Shown piece by piece: positions 20,749-28,299 of a stretch of 52,976 nt of DNA. Each line of letters opens with the position of its first letter. Position 1 is the first letter of the stretch. The DNA is taken from the NCBI GenBank assembly GCA_903877935.1, contig CAIRGA010000213.1:1-52976 (forward strand). Reading direction: 5' to 3'. Source of the stretch: an uncultured Hyphomicrobiales bacterium. GTDB lineage: Bacteria; Pseudomonadota; Alphaproteobacteria; Rhizobiales; Beijerinckiaceae. A program made the translations under genes and the position numbers. The notes beneath the pieces were generated by a model. That model worked only from the letters and a program-made list of their open reading frames with translations. It searched no databases and was not told where the DNA came from.

Positions 20749-21036
20749 TTAAGCCCGTCGCACATGCCTAAATTGCTGAACCAACGTGGCTTTTAGCCCG
20801 CGAGAACCGTGCCGTTCGAATGAAGCTTGCCATTCGGCTAGCTCGTCCAGCGTTAGTCGATATCGGGCAGATGCCTCTTCAACCGTCAAAAGGCCGCCGT
20901 TAATGGCTGAAATCAGCTGGGCTTTGCGGCTAGTAACCCATCTTGTTGTATTTGATTCCGGCAGGCTGGAGAGCGAGACGGTTTTTCCATTTGGGCCAAC
21001 AACGCTGGCCGTATCCGTATAGAACACTTCCGACAT
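20749..21036 (-). CDS. sciP: DUF1153-family small HTH protein (SciP-like CtrA-inhibitor family)
   Basis: 95 aa. GPNGKTVSLSSLPESNTTRWVTSRKAQLISAINGGLLTVEEASARYRLTLDELAEWQASFERHGSRGLKATLVQQFR follows the DUF1153/SciP pattern (GP.G....LP...T.RWV..RKA.....GGLL..EEA..Y.LT..E...WQ.....HG..GL..T..QQ.R). Alphaproteobacteria often carry paralogues, so orthology to SciP is not certain. Confidence 0.65.
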   Translation of the reverse strand: MSEVFYTDTASVVGPNGKTVSLSSLPESNTTRWVTSRKAQLISAINGGLLTVEEASARYRLTLDELAEWQASFERHGSRGLKATLVQQFRHVRRA

Positions 21037-21096
21037 ATCACATTACTCGACGCAATACTAAACTCAACACTCGAAATACTAAGAATGAAACCGTTA

Positions 21097-21111
21097 CTAA
21101 ACGGTTCTTAA
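21097..21111 (-). promoter_or_regulatory. CtrA-box-like element (TTAA-N7-TTAG on the minus strand) upstream of the sciP-like gene
   Basis: The plus strand reads CTAA-ACGGTTC-TTAA, 61-75 nt upstream of the ATG at 21036. It matches 7 of the 8 core positions of TTAA-N7-TTAA. This rests on pattern only. Confidence 0.3.
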
Positions 21112-21325
21112 TGAACGAATCACCAAACAATAATTACACATTTCGTTGTTTTTCACGATAAAATAGAGATCTATGCTCTCCTTCTTCGAAGCTTTGTGGC
21201 TATGAGCAATAGGAAGTCCTCCATCAAATTAGCGAAAAATAATATACTTCCTGCTTGCAAGAAGGCGTGGCCGCAGGTTTTATGTCCTGCCGTCTTCGTG
21301 TCGTTGAATCGTGTAGAAAGTTCCC

Positions 21326-22699
21326 ATGAACCTACCCTTAAAAATCAACTCTGCCCAAGAAGCTCTGGATTTTGTTCGTGAGCGAGATTTGCCATACGTT
21401 AGGGTCGGACTTTTTGACATCGACGGCGTATTTCGCGGCAAATATATTAATCGGGACAAGTTTGAAAGCTCACTGGAAAAAGGGCTGGGCTTTTGTGATG
21501 TCGTTGTTGGGTGGGATTCAAACGACCAGCTTTATGACAATGTAAAAGTGACAGGTTGGCATACAGGCTATCCAGACGCAGCAGTTAGGCTTTTGCCGGA
21601 TACGATGCGGTTAATACCGTTTGAAGATGATTTGCCCTTATTTTTATGCGAATTTGCCGAGAAATGGGAAGATGTTTGTCCTCGCGGCACGCTACGCCGC
21701 GTGTTGAAGCGCGCGGCTGATATGGGTTTTAACGTGAGTGCGGCAGCGGAGTTTGAGTTTTTTCTTTTTGAGGAAACGCCACATTCAGTTCGCGAAAAGA
21801 ATTATAAGGGCTTAAAAAATATCACGCCCGGTTTCTTTGGGTACTCGATGTTGAGAAGCTCGGTGCATGCCGATTTCTATCGTGATCTTTTGGATCTCGG
21901 TAGAAAAATGAATTTCGAGATCGAAGGTCTTCACACAGAAACCGGCCCGGGTGTTTTGGAGGCGGCCATTAAAGTGGGCGATGCTCTATCTGCGGCCGAT
22001 AAAGCCGCACTGTTTAAGACCTATACCAAAGTCCTTGCGCAAAAGCGGGGGTGGATGGCCTCCTTTATGGCTAAATCGTCACACGAATGGCCTGGGCAAT
22101 CGGGTCACCTCCATTTATCGTTGCAGGACAGCGCAACCGGGAAGGGCGTTTTTTACGATAGATCAAAACTACATTCGATGTCGGACACAATGCGGTGGTT
22201 TGTCGGTGGGCAACAAGCCTTGATGCCTGAATTGTTAGCGATGGTTGCCTCAACGGTGAATTCCTATTCGCGTTTGATTCCGGGTTTCTGGGCTCCAACA
22301 GATTCTGCTTGGGCGGTGGATAATCGCACAACCGCATTGCGAGTAATCGAAGGTTCGGAGAAGTCTCAACGGGTCGAATATAGGGTAGCAGCGGCCGACA
22401 TAAATCCGTATTTAGCCCTCGCTGCAGCAATTGGCTCCGGTCTATGGGGAATCGAGAATAAAATCGAGCCAGGCGAGCCTCAGACTGGAAATGCTTATGA
22501 AGCAAAATTGCCGGAAAATCGCGCCCTGCCACGCACCCTTTGGGAAGCCGCGCAAAAATTAAAATCTTCAAAAGCGGGCCGTGAGTTATTCGGCGATACT
22601 TTTGTCGACCATTATGCCGCAAGCAGAGAATGGGAAGAGCGCGAATTCCGACGTGCGATTACGGATTGGGAAATGCAGCGCTATTTCGAGATAATTTGA
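21326..22699 (+). CDS. Glutamine synthetase family protein (gamma-glutamyl-amine ligase type, PuuA/GlnA-like)
   Basis: 457 aa. GS beta-grasp N-domain (VRVGLFDIDGVFRGKYI) and catalytic domain (AAAEFEFFLFEE, EGLHTETGPGVLEA, WPGQSGHLHLSL, NRTTALRV, RVEYRVAAADINPYLA). Confidence 0.85.
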   Translation: MNLPLKINSAQEALDFVRERDLPYVRVGLFDIDGVFRGKYINRDKFESSLEKGLGFCDVVVGWDSNDQLYDNVKVTGWHTGYPDAAVRLLPDTMRLIPFEDDLPLFLCEFAEKWEDVCPRGTLRRVLKRAADMGFNVSAAAEFEFFLFEETPHSVREKNYKGLKNITPGFFGYSMLRSSVHADFYRDLLDLGRKMNFEIEGLHTETGPGVLEAAIKVGDALSAADKAALFKTYTKVLAQKRGWMASFMAKSSHEWPGQSGHLHLSLQDSATGKGVFYDRSKLHSMSDTMRWFVGGQQALMPELLAMVASTVNSYSRLIPGFWAPTDSAWAVDNRTTALRVIEGSEKSQRVEYRVAAADINPYLALAAAIGSGLWGIENKIEPGEPQTGNAYEAKLPENRALPRTLWEAAQKLKSSKAGRELFGDTFVDHYAASREWEEREFRRAITDWEMQRYFEII

Positions 22700-22718
22700 T
22701 CCAGAGAGTGAGAAGATA

Positions 22719-24101
22719 ATGACTGATATTATTTGCATTTCTCCAATCGACGGCAGTGAAGTCGCGCGTCGCTCCTCGGCATTGCCCGCTCTTATTGAGG
22801 CCACATTAAAGGACGCGCGGGTTGCTCAAAAAATCTGGGCAAAAATTCCATTAGCTGAGCGTGCGGTTAAGTTGACGGCGTTTGTCGATGCAATGCTTGC
22901 GATGAACCAAGATGTAGTGCCTGAATTAGCGCAACAAATGGGAAGACCGGTGAAATGGGGCGGCGAATTCCGCGGATTTGAGGAACGCGCGCGTCATATG
23001 ATCAAGATCGCTCCAGAAGCACTTTCGCCGATTGTACCTGAACTGAAAGTTGGCTTAACTCGCTATATTGAAAAGACTCCGGTTGGGGTGGTGCTCGTTG
23101 TCGCACCTTGGAATTATCCTTATCTTACGGCCGTCAATTCGGTTGTTCCAGCCTTGATGGCCGGAAACGCCGTTATTTTAAAAGCCGCAGCACAGACGAT
23201 TTTAGTAGGCGAGCGTTTTGCAAAAGCGATGTTGGCGGCTGATCTTCCCAAGGGGCTCTTCACCAATCTTGTTCTAACCCATGATGATACATCGCGTCTC
23301 CTTTCGTCAGGCAAAATTGATCATTGTAATTTTACTGGCTCCGTTACCGGTGGGCGAGCCATTGAGAAGTCAGCATCGGGGACATTCACAACGCTTGGCC
23401 TCGAATTGGGTGGTAAAGACCCTGCTTATGTGCGGGCTGACGCAAATTTTGATCATGCCGTTGAAAATCTTGTTGATGGCGCTTTCTTTAATTCCGGACA
23501 ATGCTGTTGTGGTATCGAGCGCATTTATGTCCATGAGTCCCTATATGATCGGTTTGTTGATGCCTTCGTTGCACTGGTAAAAACCTACACATTAGGCAAT
23601 CCGCTAGATGAAACGACAACGCTCGGACCAATGGCCACTGTGAAGGGCGCAGAACTCGTGCGAACTCAGATCCAAGATGCAATAGCTAAGGGCGCTAAGG
23701 CCCATATTGATGCTAGCCTATTCCCTCAGGATAAGGGCGTGGGAACTTATGTGATGCCGCAGGTACTCACAAATGTAGATCACTCAATGAGCGTCATGAT
23801 GGAAGAAAACTTTGGTCCAGTTGTCGGGATTATGAAGGTCAAGGATGATACGGAGGCAACCCGATTGATGAATGACAGTCCCTATGGTTTGACCGCTGCC
23901 ATCTGGACACAGGACGAGGCTGCGGCGGCTTCGATTGGCCGGGAGATTGAGGCTGGTACAGTATTTATGAACCGGTGCGATTATCTTGATCCCGCTTTGG
24001 CTTGGACCGGCGTCAAAGATACAGGCCGCGGTGTTAGCCTCTCCGAGATCGGTTATGACATGTTGACGCGCGCAAAAAGCTATCATCTTCGTACGATTTA
24101 A
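22719..24101 (+). CDS. Aldehyde dehydrogenase family protein
   Basis: 460 aa. APWNYPY, catalytic Glu in LELGGKDP, catalytic Cys in GQCCCGIERIYV, and EENFGPV. Confidence 0.9.
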   Translation: MTDIICISPIDGSEVARRSSALPALIEATLKDARVAQKIWAKIPLAERAVKLTAFVDAMLAMNQDVVPELAQQMGRPVKWGGEFRGFEERARHMIKIAPEALSPIVPELKVGLTRYIEKTPVGVVLVVAPWNYPYLTAVNSVVPALMAGNAVILKAAAQTILVGERFAKAMLAADLPKGLFTNLVLTHDDTSRLLSSGKIDHCNFTGSVTGGRAIEKSASGTFTTLGLELGGKDPAYVRADANFDHAVENLVDGAFFNSGQCCCGIERIYVHESLYDRFVDAFVALVKTYTLGNPLDETTTLGPMATVKGAELVRTQIQDAIAKGAKAHIDASLFPQDKGVGTYVMPQVLTNVDHSMSVMMEENFGPVVGIMKVKDDTEATRLMNDSPYGLTAAIWTQDEAAAASIGREIEAGTVFMNRCDYLDPALAWTGVKDTGRGVSLSEIGYDMLTRAKSYHLRTI

Positions 24102-24110
24102 ATGGAATAA

Positions 24111-25277
24111 ATGATGACCCAATCACCAACTGCCAACTGGAATTACCCAACAACCATAAAGTTCGGCGCTGGCCGCATCAAAGAACTACCGCAGATTTGT
24201 AAGGATCAAGGTTTCAAAAATCCTTTGCTTGTGACGGACACCTTCCTCGCAACGCAGCCGATGGTCGCCGATGTGGTCGGTGCCGTAAGAGCAGCGGGCC
24301 TTAGCATTGCTGTATTCTCCGATATCAAGCCAAATCCAGTTGATAGCAATATTGAGGCAGGCTTAAAGGTTTTGAACGCTGGGGGCCACGATAGCGTGAT
24401 CGCATTCGGCGGAGGCTCCGGATTGGATGCAGGAAAAGTTATAGCCTTTATGGCGGGGCAGACCCGTCCGATGTGGGATTTCGAAGATATTGGCGATTGG
24501 TGGACCCGGGCAGACCCAAAGGGAATCTTTCCAACTATTGCTGTACCAACGACGGCCGGTACCGGCTCAGAAGTTGGCCGAGCGGGTGTCATCACGCAGG
24601 AGGCGACCTATACAAAAAAAGTCATTTTTCATCCGCTGATGATGCCGAAAGTCACGATTTGTGATCCTGAATTGACGGTTGGCATGCCTTCAAAAATTAC
24701 AGTAGGTACCGGCATGGATGCGCTCGCTCACTGCCTTGAAGCCTATTGTTCACCTTTTTATCATCCGATGGGTGAAGGAATCGCTGTTGAAGGTATTCGC
24801 CTTGTAAAAGAAAATCTGCCGCGTGTGTTTAAGGATGGCACGGATATCGAGGCCCGGGCACACATGATGTCGGCGGCCGCAATGGGCGCGACGGCGTTTC
24901 AAAAGGGGCTTGGTGCTATTCATGCGCTTTCGCATCCCGTTGGCGCGCTGCATGATACCCATCACGGCATGACGAATGCCGTTTTTATGCCTTATGTGTT
25001 GGTTTTTAATCGACTAGCCATTGAAACGAAGATTGCGCGACTAGCAGCCTTTATCGGCCTCGATCCAAGCTTTGATGCTTTTTTGAAGTGGATACTCGAT
25101 CTGCGTGAGCAGTTAGGTGTTCCGCATACACTTAAGGATTTTGGTGTCGAATTGACCAATCTTGACGTCATGTCGAAAATGGCACCGGAGGACCCAACGG
25201 CTGGAGGCAATCCGATAGAGCTAACGGAAGTAGCTGCTCGTGATCTATTTCATAAAGCCTATAGCGGTAAACTTTAA
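24111..25277 (+). CDS. Iron-containing (group III) alcohol dehydrogenase
   Basis: 388 aa. GGGSGLDAGK, PTTAGTGSE and the metal-His cluster HALSHPVGALHDTHHG. Confidence 0.9.
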   Translation: MMTQSPTANWNYPTTIKFGAGRIKELPQICKDQGFKNPLLVTDTFLATQPMVADVVGAVRAAGLSIAVFSDIKPNPVDSNIEAGLKVLNAGGHDSVIAFGGGSGLDAGKVIAFMAGQTRPMWDFEDIGDWWTRADPKGIFPTIAVPTTAGTGSEVGRAGVITQEATYTKKVIFHPLMMPKVTICDPELTVGMPSKITVGTGMDALAHCLEAYCSPFYHPMGEGIAVEGIRLVKENLPRVFKDGTDIEARAHMMSAAAMGATAFQKGLGAIHALSHPVGALHDTHHGMTNAVFMPYVLVFNRLAIETKIARLAAFIGLDPSFDAFLKWILDLREQLGVPHTLKDFGVELTNLDVMSKMAPEDPTAGGNPIELTEVAARDLFHKAYSGKL

Positions 25278-25280
25278 CGA

Positions 25281-26780
25281 TTAGGAATGGCAAGCGCTCG
25301 GATCTGCGTGTCGATCATAGACTGCAGGTCCGATCTTGACGTTGGTTAGACGATATAAGACAAATGTCTCAATCACCGTGTCCTCAAATTTACGCGATAT
25401 GGTGCCGACAAGTTCAGCGGTCCCATAGCAGTCTTTATGGTTAGCCAGAAATCCCGCTCCCTCATTTTGCCAATCAATAAACAGTGCGGGCTGCCTAACA
25501 ACGTTTGGATCAGGGGCCGGCAAAAATCCGTACCGAACGCGTTCATTGATCTGTGCTATTTCGGACTTTCCGCGCAGCGCAAAACTTAATGCGCCAGTGT
25601 GCTCGTAGGTCCCTGTTGCGACCCAAGTCGTGCCCGTCTCTTTTTCTTTTGCAATTAATTCGTCACCTAATTCTAACCACCCTTGTGTCAGCATTGCTGG
25701 ATTACGTGATGGATCAATCGGAAAATACGGATGCAAAATTTCGACGAACAGTACGGCGCAAAGCCCATAGCCTACAGCTATCGACCACTGGTAAAGCCGT
25801 GGCGAATTTAGCTGTACAATCGCCCACGCTGCTAAAATGGAAAGTGTAGGCATAAGAGGGGCGGGCCAATTTCCGTTCACCCGATCGTGCAAGGAATGAA
25901 GCGCGAGATAGGTCATGAACGGTAGGGAGGTGGCGATCAAAAAAGTTTGGCTAGATTCGATGTGACGTCGAATAGAAATAATGCTCTGTCCAATTCCAAT
26001 AAAGGCAAAAATGCCAATAATAGGCGTCATTAAAAGCCATTGAACGCCGATCATTTCAAAAAAATGACTGGGGTTGAATTCTTCTCCAACGGTTCGGCCT
26101 AATTGTTTCGCAAATGAAACAAAATCATGGGTAGCATTCCAGATTAGAACCGGACAGAAGAGCCCTATAGCCAACAATCCGCCGGCCCAAGTTTGCCATT
26201 TAATGAACCAACGCCTCTGGCTCGGGACGATGGCAAGCCAAAATAGAATACCAATTCCAAGAAATACCCCAGAATATTTCGATAGTAAGCCAAACCCAGC
26301 TGCCATGCCGATGGCCAGCCACCAACTGGCATAATTTGAGGCTCTTAGCTCGGTTAGGGCCCAAAGTGTTAAACCCCAGAAAAATACACTTGGAATATCG
26401 GGCGTAATCACAATCGTACCGAGGCTAACGATAAGCATCGCATTAAAGAAGATAACTGCCCGATCGGCAATCATCGTGTTGAACAGTAAGGCGGCCGTCC
26501 GCCATAACAAGATCGATCCAATCGCGGCGGAAAGAGGTGCCAACAGGCGGACACCCAGGCTGTTATCGCCGATAATATTGCGGCCCAAGGCAATCCACCA
26601 TGCCACCATAGGGGCATGGTCATAATATCCGAAGGATGGAGCCAAAGACCATAGCCTGTAATAGGCCTCATCGAATACGAGTCCGGCTCTTTGCGCTAGA
26701 AATAGCCGTAGTGCGGTTAGTCCGCCGATCAAATACAAAATCCGAGAACTCGGTAAAATAGGCGTAGGGAGAAGAGGCAT
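25281..26780 (-). CDS. Glycosyltransferase family 39 (ArnT/PMT-like polyprenyl-phosphate-sugar-dependent membrane glycosyltransferase)
   Basis: 499 aa, many predicted TM helices, and a first-loop acidic motif VFDEAYYRLW as in ArnT/PMT enzymes. Confidence 0.85.
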   Translation of the reverse strand: MPLLPTPILPSSRILYLIGGLTALRLFLAQRAGLVFDEAYYRLWSLAPSFGYYDHAPMVAWWIALGRNIIGDNSLGVRLLAPLSAAIGSILLWRTAALLFNTMIADRAVIFFNAMLIVSLGTIVITPDIPSVFFWGLTLWALTELRASNYASWWLAIGMAAGFGLLSKYSGVFLGIGILFWLAIVPSQRRWFIKWQTWAGGLLAIGLFCPVLIWNATHDFVSFAKQLGRTVGEEFNPSHFFEMIGVQWLLMTPIIGIFAFIGIGQSIISIRRHIESSQTFLIATSLPFMTYLALHSLHDRVNGNWPAPLMPTLSILAAWAIVQLNSPRLYQWSIAVGYGLCAVLFVEILHPYFPIDPSRNPAMLTQGWLELGDELIAKEKETGTTWVATGTYEHTGALSFALRGKSEIAQINERVRYGFLPAPDPNVVRQPALFIDWQNEGAGFLANHKDCYGTAELVGTISRKFEDTVIETFVLYRLTNVKIGPAVYDRHADPSACHS

Positions 26781-26991
26781 TTGAGAAGGCAGCTCCTAGG
26801 CTTAGCATCTCCGACACCATGTCATCGCCGCCTTTTCACGTCCATCGCAATAGTCCGGAGGTTGAAAGATTTTAACGAGTATGCGAAGGTTAATTTCGGT
26901 TTATTAGTTTAAAAGGTGGTAAAGTTGCTTTTGCAATTACCGTCTTTTGTCTACGCTTGAAACTTCAGATTGGCGAAGAGAGACCTTCTTT

Positions 26992-27423
26992 ATGGCAGAT
27001 GGATCTTACCAGGCTGGTCTCCCTGCGGTAATTGAGGGGGGGAATCGAGCCCGGATTACCAGGACGGATGAACCACCGATCGAGGGACGATTCGAGCGGG
27101 CGTTTGATGGTGATAACGAGTTCGTCCAAGAACCGCCAATTGAAATTGTCATAAATCCGCAGGAAATTCGTGAAAAAATTCTCCATTATCTGGGAGCAGT
27201 CCTCGCACGGTGCTGGATTGATCGGGGGTTGTTAGACGAAATCGAACGAGATGCTCACCGCACCTTGCGCCATTTGGGCATCCTGTTGCCGGACGAAATT
27301 GAAATTAAAGTTGAACGGACGAACAAGGACCGGCCTCGATTAGTAATCTATGAACAAGATGAGGGTCGTCGTTTCCGTCGCCGGATTTGCTATCTTCAAT
27401 TGATAATGATGGCCGGCAAATAA
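26992..27423 (+). CDS. Hypothetical protein with a C-terminal segment resembling the nitrile-hydratase-alpha-like leader (NHLP) fold
   Basis: The ORF track starts at TTG 26947; I prefer ATG 26992 (MADGSYQ). The segment LGAVLARCWIDRGLLDEIERDAHRTLRHLGILLPDEIEIKVERTNKDRPRLVIYEQ mirrors the NHLP consensus pattern (..AW.D..F...L...P...L...GI.LP..VE.KV.E.T....LVL). This is recognition by eye only. Confidence 0.5.
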   Translation: MADGSYQAGLPAVIEGGNRARITRTDEPPIEGRFERAFDGDNEFVQEPPIEIVINPQEIREKILHYLGAVLARCWIDRGLLDEIERDAHRTLRHLGILLPDEIEIKVERTNKDRPRLVIYEQDEGRRFRRRICYLQLIMMAGK

Positions 27424-27514
27424 GCACTTTTGAACAATTTATAGACGTGCTTTGGTTCTATTCATTCAAAGTATTTATCTATATCTTTGGCGTTTGGCTT
27501 GTTGAGACGCCGAG

Positions 27515-28279
27515 GTGATTGGGTTGTTTTCTCCTTTAAACGATATCTCGCCGTTAGGGCTTACTGTGATGTTAGCCGGGCTATGTCTTGCCTCTTTGGC
27601 TCGGGGCTATTCCGGATTTGGATTTTCGGCCGTCTTGATCGCTAGTTGGTCTCTTGTTACTGATCCAGCTAAGGCAATAGCCGTCACCGTACTTCTTGAA
27701 ATCGTCGCAAGTATTATCCAGGCATTTTCGGTATGGAAATCCATTCCATGGAAGCGCGTGCTTTTATTGATGGGTGGCGCAGCTCCAGGGATGCTTTTGG
27801 GTATCATCGTGCTGACCTCGCTTCCGGTTGATATGTTAAAGCTAATCTTGGCGATTTTTGTTTTAGTAGCGGCGGGTTTGTTATCCGTAGGTTGGAAGTT
27901 AAAGGCACGAGCTAATGATTTGGGCACATTCGCTGTCGGGGTCGCATCAGGCATCGTGAACGGTTCCATTGGAATGGGCGGCTTGCCTGTTGCGCTATTT
28001 TTAACGGCGGATGGTGATAGTCCAGCTAAAATTCGCGCGGCTGTCGTGGCTTATTTCTTTTTGCTCGATATGCTCGGTCTAATTCTTTTTTCGCAAATTG
28101 GTATTATCAGTGCTGATACATTTTCATTAGCGATATTGTCTTTTCCTGTACTGTTAATAGGAATGTTTCTTGGAACGCGACATTTTCTTGGTGCGACGCC
28201 TGAAGGTTTTCGCCGGGTCACGCTAATTATGTTGATGGGCATTGCAGTAATTGGGACGGTTCGCAGCCTGCTCTCGTGA
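27515..28279 (+). CDS. TauE/SafE family sulfite/organosulfonate-type anion permease
   Basis: 254 aa, about 7-8 hydrophobic helices, Gly-rich repeats (GSIGMGGLPVALFL). GTG start; alternative ATG at 27569. Confidence 0.8.
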   Translation: MIGLFSPLNDISPLGLTVMLAGLCLASLARGYSGFGFSAVLIASWSLVTDPAKAIAVTVLLEIVASIIQAFSVWKSIPWKRVLLLMGGAAPGMLLGIIVLTSLPVDMLKLILAIFVLVAAGLLSVGWKLKARANDLGTFAVGVASGIVNGSIGMGGLPVALFLTADGDSPAKIRAAVVAYFFLLDMLGLILFSQIGIISADTFSLAILSFPVLLIGMFLGTRHFLGATPEGFRRVTLIMLMGIAVIGTVRSLLS

Positions 28280-28299
28280 CGAATAGGGGAAGTTTTAAG

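Noticed and set aside
21196-21381. 61-aa ORF in the sciP / GS-like spacer
   Set aside because: No RBS and Cys/Ser/Lys-rich composition. It runs into and overlaps the GS-like gene start out of frame. More likely untranslated leader or promoter DNA.
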